In this document: positions 56,308 to 64,000 of the stretch, in pieces
Layout: the number at the start of each line of letters is the position of its first letter
Numbering within the stretch: the first letter of the stretch is position 1
Position numbers and translations under genes: made by a program
Assembly: GCA_025454815.1 (NCBI GenBank)
Contig: JALONR010000007.1
Location: forward strand, 70,010 to 134,009
Length of the DNA: 64,000 bases
Origin: Bacteroidales bacterium
GTDB lineage: Bacteria; Bacteroidota; Bacteroidia; Bacteroidales; VadinHA17
Reading direction: 5' to 3'
Notes under the pieces: generated by a model
Databases searched by the model: none
Seen by the model: only the letters and a program-made list of their open reading frames with translations
What the model was told of the DNA's origin: nothing

Positions 56308-56338
56308 ATCAGGGCCGTATCCCGGATGCGGCCCTGAT
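56308..56338. terminator. Strong hairpin between convergent genes (possible bidirectional terminator)
   Basis: A 10-bp stem ATCAGGGCCG/CGGCCCTGAT (56308-56317 / 56329-56338) with an 11-nt loop. There is no clear T-run on either side. Confidence 0.45.
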
Positions 56339-56344
56339 CATGTA

Positions 56345-56896
56345 TTAATACCTGTTGTAAGTGATTACGTCTCCGGGCGGCTTTCGCGATTTCTCCCTCA
56401 GACGGTTGTCAGTGTACCCGACGGAGATGACCAGCTCAATCCTCCTGGCAGCCGGAATCCCAAGTGCATTTCTAATCCGCTTTTCGTCCATCCAGCCGAT
56501 GATGCAGGTGCCCAGCCCCTCGGCTGTTGCCTGATAAACCATTGATGCCGCGGCAATTCCAAGGTCAATATGGGAGTAATCCTTCTGCTTGATCAGATCG
56601 CCGGCCCGGGATGTTAAGTTGGATTTCTCCGTTACCATAACTATCAGCACCGGAGCCTCTCTGACGAAACCGTTCATTCGAAGAACGACTGACTCCGTGG
56701 CAGCAGCCACTTCATCACGCAGCGCTGGATCATCCACAACAATGAAATGCCATGGCTGACCATTGCAGGCAGAAGGAGACAGCCTTCCCGCTTCGGTTAT
56801 CCTTTCTATCTTCTCCCTCTCAACTGGCTTGTTGAGATACTTTCTCTCACTCTGCCTTGATTTAATCAGGCTGAGCATCCCTTTGCCATCTGTCAT
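56345..56896 (-). CDS. Nitroreductase-family protein
   Basis: 183 aa with 'RQSERKYLNKPVEREKI' and 'LSPSACNGQPWHFIVV'. Confidence 0.85.
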   Translation of the reverse strand: MTDGKGMLSLIKSRQSERKYLNKPVEREKIERITEAGRLSPSACNGQPWHFIVVDDPALRDEVAAATESVVLRMNGFVREAPVLIVMVTEKSNLTSRAGDLIKQKDYSHIDLGIAAASMVYQATAEGLGTCIIGWMDEKRIRNALGIPAARRIELVISVGYTDNRLREKSRKPPGDVITYNRY

Positions 56897-56912
56897 TGCA
56901 GGGTAAGGCTGA

Positions 56913-57488
56913 TCAATAGTTCTGGGCGTATACCTCGCTGTAGTTGAAGGGATGAAGGCATGCCGGGCAGTTCTTCAGCGGTTTCGTCCCGAAGTGCACA
57001 TAACCGCACTTCCTGCAATACCAGAAGACCTTCTCGTCACGCTCGAAAACCTTGTTGCCCATCACGCTCTCAAGCAGCTTCCTGTAACGCTCCTCATGCA
57101 CCTTCTCTGCGGCAGAGATAGCCTTGAAGCAGGTTGCCACCTCCTTGAATCCCTCTTCTTCGGCAACCTTTGCAAATTCCGGATAAAGCTCAGCCCACTC
57201 TTCATGCTCGCCGGCTGCTGCGGCCTCCAGGTTCTCACTTGTGGTAGAGGTTTTGCCTGCCGGGTATGCAGCTGTGATCTCAACCATTCCTCCTTCAAGG
57301 TAGCCGAAGAAACGCTTGGCATGCTGCTGCTCCTGCATTGCCGTCTCAAGAAATATGGCGGCAATCTGCTCATAGCCCTCTTCCTTTGCAACCTTGGCTG
57401 CAAATTCATAACGGTTCTTTGCCTGTGATTCACCGGCAAATGCCTTAAGAAGATTCTTCTCCGTACGGGTTCCTTTTATTCCTTTCAT
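56913..57488 (-). CDS. rbr: Rubrerythrin
   Basis: 191 aa with 'GTRTEKNLLKAFAGESQA', diiron ExxH motifs and a C-terminal rubredoxin-like 'CRKCGY...CPAC'. Confidence 0.92.
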   Translation of the reverse strand: MKGIKGTRTEKNLLKAFAGESQAKNRYEFAAKVAKEEGYEQIAAIFLETAMQEQQHAKRFFGYLEGGMVEITAAYPAGKTSTTSENLEAAAAGEHEEWAELYPEFAKVAEEEGFKEVATCFKAISAAEKVHEERYRKLLESVMGNKVFERDEKVFWYCRKCGYVHFGTKPLKNCPACLHPFNYSEVYAQNY

Positions 57489-57590
57489 TTCTCTGTTTTT
57501 TTGGTTGGTTTAATTGACAGGCCTTAAAAATAAATAAATTTTGGCTACTTTCAGGAGTCGTTTATCACTCAATTAAACATTCCGTAAATC

Positions 57591-58499
57591 ATGAAAAGAA
57601 TATCATTTGCCATCGTAGCGGTACTTGTGGTTGCCTTCCAGGCCTGTCAGACCCGGGGAAACGAGTATCACCTGTATTACCTTGGAGGACAGTCAAATAT
57701 GGACGGTTACGGTCTCACGGCGGATCTGCCGGCCAGCCTTGCAGGCGATATGCAGGGTGTCATGATCTACCATGGCAACACCTCTGCAGACAATACACCT
57801 GTTGACGGTCGGGGCATCTGGAGCACCCTCCGTCCCGGGCACGGCGCGGGCTTCAAAAGTGACGGAACCACCAACCTGTACTCTGACAGGTTCGGGGTTG
57901 AACTCTCCTTCGCTGAAAAAATGAAGGAACTTTTCCCTGATGAAAAGATCGCAATAATAAAGTATTCGAGGGGAGGTACCTCAATTGACACTGCAGCTGC
58001 CGGTGGTGCAGGTGCATGGCTGCCAGGGTACACAGGGGGCAATGCCGTAAACCAGTATGATCATTTCCTGTCCACCGTTAAGGGAGCCCTGGCTGCAAAG
58101 GACATCGACGGCGACGGAAAGAAAGACCGGCTTTTACCGTCGGGGATTTTATGGATGCAGGGGGAGAGCGATGCCAACAATGACTATGCCACCTCGATTT
58201 ACAAGGAGAACCTTGCAATGCTGATTGACAGTATCCGGACTGTCTTTTCGGCACCCGATATGCCTGTGGCCATTGGCCGTATTTCAGATTCCCGCAATGA
58301 TGCTGACAGCCTTGTGTGGACATGGGGTGATGCAGTCAGGGAGGCACAGGCGAAGTATGTTGCCGAAGACGGTAAAGCTGTACTTGTGACTTCAACTGAC
58401 AACTACGGTTACAGTGATCCATGGCATTATGACAGCGAAGGCTATATTGACCTCGGAAGGAAATTCGCCGAGGCGATTGCAGCCATCAGGCAGCGGTGA
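57591..58499 (+). CDS. Sialate O-acetylesterase-like (DUF303/SGNH-type) esterase, secreted
   Basis: 302 aa with a signal peptide, a catalytic-Ser block 'YYLGGQSNMDGYG' and 'ILWMQGESD'. Confidence 0.75.
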   Translation: MKRISFAIVAVLVVAFQACQTRGNEYHLYYLGGQSNMDGYGLTADLPASLAGDMQGVMIYHGNTSADNTPVDGRGIWSTLRPGHGAGFKSDGTTNLYSDRFGVELSFAEKMKELFPDEKIAIIKYSRGGTSIDTAAAGGAGAWLPGYTGGNAVNQYDHFLSTVKGALAAKDIDGDGKKDRLLPSGILWMQGESDANNDYATSIYKENLAMLIDSIRTVFSAPDMPVAIGRISDSRNDADSLVWTWGDAVREAQAKYVAEDGKAVLVTSTDNYGYSDPWHYDSEGYIDLGRKFAEAIAAIRQR

Positions 58500-58546
58500 T
58501 TCATTATCCGGGGGAACAATAGTCAGCAGGAGTTGCTGCTGATTCA

Positions 58547-58671
58547 GAATCCGGAAGAGGCAATGGCCAGCCTTGGATGCCGCTGCATGATCCGGCAGAC
58601 TCAATGGCCAGCCTTGGATGCCGCTGCATGATCCGGCAGAATCAATTGCCAGCCTTGGAGGCTGCTAATCC
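58547..58671 (-). repeat. 41-nt tandem repeat (about 3.3 units) whose gene-proximal partial unit covers the plsY stop codon
   Basis: Plus-strand units 58561-58601 and 58602-58642 differ at 2 positions by hand count. A partial divergent unit 58643-58671 (CAATTGCCAGCCTTGGAGGCTGCTAATCC) includes the CTA stop (58665-58667). A unit-end-like fragment lies at 58547-58560. Confidence 0.9.
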
Positions 58672-59297
58672 TTTTTCTTCCTGATAAATTTTTTCTCCTC
58701 GCCCCTGAGCAGCCGCCTGATGTTTTTGGAGTGGGTGATAATAACTGCCACTGCCACCACCACAGAAAAGACCACCAGCAGCCTGGAAGGGGTTCGGAAA
58801 AGTGTCAGCAGCAGAACGGGAAACATTGTCACTGCAATCATTGATCCCAGCGATACATAACCGCTTAACAGGAGCACCAGGAGAAATATTCCGGCACATG
58901 TCAGTGTAAGCAGCGGATGAAGCGCCAGCAGGACTCCGAAAGTGGTTGCCACCCCTTTTCCGCCACGGAATCCGGCAAACAACGGAAACACATGTCCGAT
59001 AATTGCTGCAAGTCCGCATACGATCTGAAGCACCATCATCTGCTCGCTGCCTTCAGGGGCAGCAACGAGGAACCGCGGCAGCATGGCGGCCAGCCAACCC
59101 TTGAAAAGGTCAAATATCAGAACAGGAATTCCGGTTTTCCAGCCCAGAACCCTCACAGTGTTTGTGGCACCTGCGTTACCGCTGCCATGTTCCCTGACAT
59201 CAATGCCGTGAAATATCTTACCTGCCCAGACGGCACTGGGGATTGAGCCTGCCAGGTAAGCCAGCACGACTGCAACAACTGATAATGATATGACCAT
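58665..59297 (-). CDS. plsY: Glycerol-3-phosphate acyltransferase PlsY
   Basis: 210 aa and polytopic, with 'GSGNAGATN' and 'FRGGKGVAT'. Confidence 0.92.
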   Translation of the reverse strand: MVISLSVVAVVLAYLAGSIPSAVWAGKIFHGIDVREHGSGNAGATNTVRVLGWKTGIPVLIFDLFKGWLAAMLPRFLVAAPEGSEQMMVLQIVCGLAAIIGHVFPLFAGFRGGKGVATTFGVLLALHPLLTLTCAGIFLLVLLLSGYVSLGSMIAVTMFPVLLLTLFRTPSRLLVVFSVVVAVAVIITHSKNIRRLLRGEEKKFIRKKKD

Positions 59298-59307
59298 TGG
59301 CTATCTG

Positions 59308-60954
59308 TTACGGCTTAGGCCCCGAAGATACGAGTTTTGCCGTTTCAGTGTTCGATGTGAACTTGCTGAAATTCTTAACGAACTTTTCTGCAAGTTCCCT
59401 GGCAGCTTTCAGCCATTCCTCATAATCAGGCCACTTTTTGCCCGGATCAAGCAGGTCGGCAGGTACACCAGGAACGGAGGCAGGGATGCTAAGATTAAAT
59501 ACCGGGATTGTAGTGTACCGGACATCCTTCAGTGACCCGTTGAGTATGGCGTCAATGATTCTTCTGGTAGAGGGGAGGTCAATCCGTTTACCGGTGCCAT
59601 AGGGACCTCCCATCCATCCCGTGTTGACCAGCCAGGCTTCAGCATGATGTTCCTTCATCTTTCTTGTGAGCTCACGGGCATAGATGATGGGGTCAAGCAG
59701 CAGGAATGCCGCCCCGAAACATGCCGAGAACGAGGGCACCGGTTCCTTTATGCCGCGCTCAGTTCCTGCAACCTTGGCGGTATATCCGCTTAAAAAATAA
59801 TACTGTGTCTGCTCTTCAGTCAGCCTGGCAACCGGGGGAAGGACCCCGAATGCGTCCGCGGTAAGAAATATTACCGTGGTGGCATGACCAGCTCTTGATA
59901 CCGGCCTGACAATATTCTCTATATGGTAAATAGGGTAGGATACCCTCGTGTTTTCCGTTTTGGCAGCGCTTGCAAAATCAATCTCACCCTTCTCATCCAC
60001 CACCACGTTTTCAAGCAGCGCATCACGCCTGATTGCCCTGAAGATGTCAGGCTCATTCTCCCTGCTGAGACAGATGGTCTTGGCATAGCACCCTCCCTCG
60101 AAGTTGAATATCCCGTCATCATCCCAGCCATGCTCATCATCACCTATCAGTGCCCTCTCAGGATCAGTTGAAAGAGTGGTTTTTCCCGTACCTGACAGTC
60201 CAAAGAAAATGGCAACATCATTCTTTTTGCCAACATTGGCCGAGCAGTGCATGGAGGCCATCCCTTTCAGCGGGAGGTAATAGTTCATCACAGAGAAAAT
60301 ACCCTTCTTCATCTCCCCTCCGTACCATGTACCGCCAACAAGCATCATTCTCTCAGTGAGGTTGAAAAGCACGAAGTTCTCTGAATTCATCCCAAATTTC
60401 TGATAATCAGCGTTAATGGTTTTTGAAGCCATGAGAACTACGAAATCTGGACTGAACTCCTTCAACTCCTCCCCGGTAGGACGGATGAACATATTCTTTA
60501 CAAAATGGGCCTGCCATGCCACCTCCATTACAAAACGGACGCAGAGCCTGGTATCACGGTTGGCCCCGCTGTAACAGTCCATCACATAAAGTTTCTTTCC
60601 GGAGAGCTGATTCACGGCAACGGTCCTGCAGTGGTCCCATGCCTCCATGCTCAGAGCCTTGTTGTCTGACACAGGTGAACTCTCTGATTTCCACCAGACG
60701 GTGCTCTCAGTGGTACTGTCCCGCACAATGTACTTGTCTTTGGGAGACCGGCCGGTGAAAACACCTGTGTCAACAGCAACAGCCCCGGTGGTGGTTAGCA
60801 TGCCCCTCTCGAAACCTGTCAGCTCAGGCGAGAGTTCATCATCATAAAGGCTTTCATACGAGGGATTGTAAATGATCTCCCTGACTTCTTCAATGCCGTA
60901 TTGCTTTAAGATTTCCACTGACATCATGGTAATGGGGGTTTTGATGTCCATCAA
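59308..60954 (-). CDS. pckA: Phosphoenolpyruvate carboxykinase (ATP)
   Basis: 548 aa as listed in the track; the real start may be the ATG pair at 60927/60924 ('[12 protein letters not shown]'). The kinase-1a motif '[13 protein letters not shown]' and 'IGDDEHGW' are present. Confidence 0.92.
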   Translation of the reverse strand: MMDIKTPITMMSVEILKQYGIEEVREIIYNPSYESLYDDELSPELTGFERGMLTTTGAVAVDTGVFTGRSPKDKYIVRDSTTESTVWWKSESSPVSDNKALSMEAWDHCRTVAVNQLSGKKLYVMDCYSGANRDTRLCVRFVMEVAWQAHFVKNMFIRPTGEELKEFSPDFVVLMASKTINADYQKFGMNSENFVLFNLTERMMLVGGTWYGGEMKKGIFSVMNYYLPLKGMASMHCSANVGKKNDVAIFFGLSGTGKTTLSTDPERALIGDDEHGWDDDGIFNFEGGCYAKTICLSRENEPDIFRAIRRDALLENVVVDEKGEIDFASAAKTENTRVSYPIYHIENIVRPVSRAGHATTVIFLTADAFGVLPPVARLTEEQTQYYFLSGYTAKVAGTERGIKEPVPSFSACFGAAFLLLDPIIYARELTRKMKEHHAEAWLVNTGWMGGPYGTGKRIDLPSTRRIIDAILNGSLKDVRYTTIPVFNLSIPASVPGVPADLLDPGKKWPDYEEWLKAARELAEKFVKNFSKFTSNTETAKLVSSGPKP

Positions 60955-61068
60955 AGTTAATAATATTAAGCAATCAAATTACCTGATAAAAATCAAGACG
61001 CCCTATTAATTCAAAAGTCCTTCAGGTAAACCGGGATTGATTATCTTTATGTTGCAATACACAGTGAA

Positions 61069-61980
61069 ATGAAAACGGTTTTTTTCCTGATTGTCTTACT
61101 TTTCTCTGCTGAGGTTTATCCCCAGGATATAAAGGTAAGGAGTGTCAAAAGGGTCACACCCGAAGATAACGGATCATACCTTCTTACCGGTGTTGTTCCC
61201 GGTTCAGGGTACCTCCTGGTGGCAGGAGGGGGCTACAACGGACTGTCACTTCTTGATATTCGCCGGGAGACCCTTAAGCCGGTAACCGATGAGCCCGGTG
61301 CCGGATATGAACCGGCAGTTACTGCCGACGGGAATAAGATTATCTACAGGAGCGACAGCTACTCTGATAACTTGAAATACTCCTCCGTCACCAGCTATGA
61401 TGTTACTACAGGAGAAAAGAAAAAACTTGTGGAGAAGGGCAGGGATGTTCTGACTCCTGCTGTGGCAGGAAATAAGGTCTTGGTGAAATCAGAGGGAGTG
61501 ATGAGAATTGAACAGGCCGGTCCTGAAATGAAGTCATCCGGTGCCGGTCTCTTTCTGGTTATTGAAGAGATGATGCCTGTGCTGTACCGTGATGGTGAAA
61601 GAAAAGCCCTTATGCCCAATGGCGACGGGTTTTATATCTGGGCATCACTCTCACCGGACGGGACAATGATCCTGTATAACTACCAGGGTCGCGGTACTTA
61701 TATCTGTGACCTGTCAGGAAATATCCTGCATGACCTCGGGAGGATAAACGCCCCGAGGTGGTTCAACGACAGGCTGGTGATAGGTATGGATGATAAGGAT
61801 GACGGCCACAGGATAACCTCCTCCGAACTGGTTTATTATTCACTTGGCGACAGGAAACGGGTAGTTTTTACCTCCACACCGGAACGGTCAGAAATGTTCC
61901 CGTTTGCCCTCGGCAACCGGCGAATCGCCTTTTGCACAGACAACGGGGAGCTTTTTGTAATGAAAGTAAGGGTCAGATGA
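61069..61980 (+). CDS. Secreted beta-propeller (PD40/TolB-like repeat) protein
   Basis: 303 aa with the signal peptide 'MKTVFFLIVLLFSAEVYPQ' and repeated 'PA/SxSPDGxxIxY'-like segments ('PAVTADGNKIIYRS', 'ASLSPDGTMILYNY'). Confidence 0.6.
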   Translation: MKTVFFLIVLLFSAEVYPQDIKVRSVKRVTPEDNGSYLLTGVVPGSGYLLVAGGGYNGLSLLDIRRETLKPVTDEPGAGYEPAVTADGNKIIYRSDSYSDNLKYSSVTSYDVTTGEKKKLVEKGRDVLTPAVAGNKVLVKSEGVMRIEQAGPEMKSSGAGLFLVIEEMMPVLYRDGERKALMPNGDGFYIWASLSPDGTMILYNYQGRGTYICDLSGNILHDLGRINAPRWFNDRLVIGMDDKDDGHRITSSELVYYSLGDRKRVVFTSTPERSEMFPFALGNRRIAFCTDNGELFVMKVRVR

Positions 61981-64000
61981 AGAGCTTGAACAGGGCGTTG
62001 TTGTTCGCTGCCATAATATTGCTGCCTGCAACCATTTACGGTCAGAGGAGTGACTTCAGCGGACTCAGGATTTTCATCAATCCGGGCCATGGCGGCAATG
62101 ACGGCGACGACAGGCATATGATAGCGACAGACTTCTGGGAATCAGAGGGAAACCTGACGAAAGGACTTTTTCTCAGGCATCTCCTTGAAGACCGTAATGC
62201 GACAGTGTACATGTCGCGTACCACCAATTTCACGTCTGATGATCTTCCCCTTTCAACAATAGCCACAATGGCCAACACGGCCAATGCCGATTTCTTCATC
62301 TCAATCCACAGCAACGGGTTTGATGGTACCCGTAACCAGCCACTGGTCCTCTTCAGGGGCTATGACAATGCCCCGGCCTCCCCGCCAGCCAAAACATTCG
62401 CACATATTCTGTGGGCTAAACTGTATGAGAAGGGTAATTGCTGGACACATACCTCGGAGTGGGTGAAGGGAGACTGGACATTTTATCCCGACTGGGGTAC
62501 CCAGGGACTGGGTGTTCTCAGGACCCTGAATATGCCGGGAGTGCTGTCGGAGGGGTCATTTCACGATTATATCCCGGAAGGGTGGCGTCTTCGCAACGAG
62601 AACCACCTGCACCATGAAGCATGGGCTATGCTCAGGGCGCTTCAGGAGTTTTACAATGTACCACCTGAGCCTTCCGGAATAATAGCCGGAGTTGTACGTG
62701 ATGAGCTTACTTCTCCCCCGTGGTACTTCAGGCCGGGTACAAGGGATCAGCATCTTCCCATCAACGGAGCCACTGTCACCCTGATGCCGTCAGGCAGGTC
62801 AGTCACACTCGATGACCTGAATAACGGATTCTTCCTGTTTGACTCGGTACCACCCGGAAATTACCAGGTCATTGCAGGTGGCATGGCCGACTTCTATAAT
62901 GATACACTTGATGTGGAGATTGTATCCGGCCGTAGCACCCTGGCCGATTTCCTCCCTTCTTTTGATACAGCACGTGTACCTGTCGTCACGGAGTTCCTCC
63001 CGGTAACAACAGACAGTCTGCCTTTCAACCAGGTATTTACCCTGAAATTCAATGTGCCTATGGACAGGGCAAAAGCAGAGGCTGCCCTGGTCCTTGAACC
63101 TGCAGCCAGCGTGATCCGGGAGTGGGATGAGAAAAGCAAAATCCTTACCATCCGGCCGGAAACGGGGTTTGCATCGAAGACTTCATACCTGATCAGGCTT
63201 ACCACTGATGCGGCATCCAAATGGGATGTTCACCTAATCGAGGAGTACCAGGTATCTTTTGTTACCAGAGCCCGCCCGAAACTTGTAACAGAACAGGTAT
63301 GGCCTCCGCAGGATGCCGCCGGCATAACACTTTTCCCGAGGGTCACTCTACGGTTTGACGCTCCCCTTGACCAGGCGTCAGCCACAGCCGGCATAAGGCT
63401 GCTCGACAGCCAGTCAGCACCCCTTGCCAAAAAACTTGAGATCTTCTCTGGGGCGAACGGAAAGGGAAGCTATAGCTTTGAACTCACATCCCAGCTGCAG
63501 TTAAACAGTGTTTACCGCCTCGAAATAGATGCATCTGTAAAGGATATTGCCGGTGTATCTGTGGGTTCAGGTGCGGAGAATTCATTCACCACCCGAACAA
63601 AGACTTACCAGACCGGCAATGTGGTCGAGTCATTTGACAATATCCCGGCATTCTGGGACCCGGAAGCAAGCGGAAGCACTGTCGGAACTGACAACCCCCT
63701 GACCACGTTCACCTCTTCGACCTCAGTGATTAAATCGGCCCCCACCGCGGGGAGACTTGACTACGTCTTCACCGGAGGGGATGGAGGTGTATGCAGGGTC
63801 TTTAATACAGCCAAACCGTCAATCGGAAGCAGCACCAGCATGGTCTTTGCCATGTGGGTATACGGTGATCTTAGCTATAATGAACTTGAGTTCTGGTTTT
63901 ACTCCCCCGGCTCAGTCAACCAGATTGTCCCGGCTGCCACCATCAACTGGGCAGGGTGGGATCTGATATCCATTCCTTTCAGCTCAATTGGAGGAAGCGG
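61977..64000 (+). CDS. N-acetylmuramoyl-L-alanine amidase (Amidase_3) with a CarboxypepD_reg-like domain and Ig-like repeats, 3'-truncated by the window edge
   Basis: This ORF is not in the supplied track. I translated it by hand from the ATG at 61977 (ATGA overlap with the previous stop), and it stays open to base 64000. It reads 'MKSLNRALLFAAIILLPATIYGQ...RIFINPGHGGND...ADFFISIHSNG...LSEGSFHD' (amidase), 'INGATVTLMPSGRSV...FLFDSVPPGNYQV' (CarboxypepD_reg-like), then repeated 'FTLKFNVPMD' / 'VTLRFDAPLD' Ig-like modules. Confidence 0.8.
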   Translation, partial: MKSLNRALLFAAIILLPATIYGQRSDFSGLRIFINPGHGGNDGDDRHMIATDFWESEGNLTKGLFLRHLLEDRNATVYMSRTTNFTSDDLPLSTIATMANTANADFFISIHSNGFDGTRNQPLVLFRGYDNAPASPPAKTFAHILWAKLYEKGNCWTHTSEWVKGDWTFYPDWGTQGLGVLRTLNMPGVLSEGSFHDYIPEGWRLRNENHLHHEAWAMLRALQEFYNVPPEPSGIIAGVVRDELTSPPWYFRPGTRDQHLPINGATVTLMPSGRSVTLDDLNNGFFLFDSVPPGNYQVIAGGMADFYNDTLDVEIVSGRSTLADFLPSFDTARVPVVTEFLPVTTDSLPFNQVFTLKFNVPMDRAKAEAALVLEPAASVIREWDEKSKILTIRPETGFASKTSYLIRLTTDAASKWDVHLIEEYQVSFVTRARPKLVTEQVWPPQDAAGITLFPRVTLRFDAPLDQASATAGIRLLDSQSAPLAKKLEIFSGANGKGSYSFELTSQLQLNSVYRLEIDASVKDIAGVSVGSGAENSFTTRTKTYQTGNVVESFDNIPAFWDPEASGSTVGTDNPLTTFTSSTSVIKSAPTAGRLDYVFTGGDGGVCRVFNTAKPSIGSSTSMVFAMWVYGDLSYNELEFWFYSPGSVNQIVPAATINWAGWDLISIPFSSIGGS

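Noticed and set aside
1-64000. N-terminal extensions in many track ORFs (for example 23119, 28588, 21405, 23090, 31989, 47677, 49652, 52155, 10349)
   Set aside because: The extensions begin at TTG/GTG or upstream ATG codons. They precede clear signal peptides or canonical conserved N-termini. Trimmed starts are used in the feature list, and the extensions are not treated as novel domains.

Overview
This 64-kb window reads as densely packed core chromosome of an anaerobic Bacteroidota-type bacterium. That placement is an inference from a fused gldF/gldG, a DUF3078-like outer-membrane protein, surE-lpxB, futalosine-pathway genes and TAnnTTTG promoter boxes. I support about 58 protein genes, one broken gene (rex) and one tRNA-Ser(UGA). 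I saw no rRNA, CRISPR array, transposase, integrase or phage genes. Gene content falls into five groups:
- Redox and hydrogenase maturation: sensor kinase, rex, ribF, hydG, a TM1266-like protein and hydE.
- Peptide and amino-acid fermentation: two M14 peptidases, a C69 dipeptidase, an ADP-forming acyl-CoA synthetase, several aminotransferases, a four-subunit 2-oxoacid:ferredoxin oxidoreductase, a tryptophanase-family lyase and a PLP decarboxylase.
- Housekeeping: nadD, gmk, yicC, pheT, dnaN, purB, htpG, pckA, plsY and an HU protein.
- Envelope: lpxB, an msbA-like exporter, a SpoIID-like protein and an Amidase_3 protein.
- Oxidative stress: rubrerythrin, nitroreductase and a ferritin-like protein.

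I did not find a convincing novel multi-gene system. The most unusual signal is non-coding. Tandem-repeat arrays with periods of 7-8, 20, about 40, 41 and 55 nt begin exactly at, or include, the stop codon of five genes, and a sixth heptamer array runs into the tnaA start codon. Other points worth a second look:
- rex is broken by an internal deletion of roughly 100 nt while both of its ATGA-coupled ends are intact.
- The TM1266-like hydrogenase regulator domain is tandemly duplicated within one protein.
- gldF and gldG are fused in frame.
- An AT-richer COG1373-type ATPase gene looks inserted.
- A long 3'-open amidase ORF is missing from the supplied ORF track.

Many track ORFs carry N-terminal extensions from TTG/GTG starts. 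I give trimmed starts where a signal peptide or a conserved N-terminus indicates the real one.
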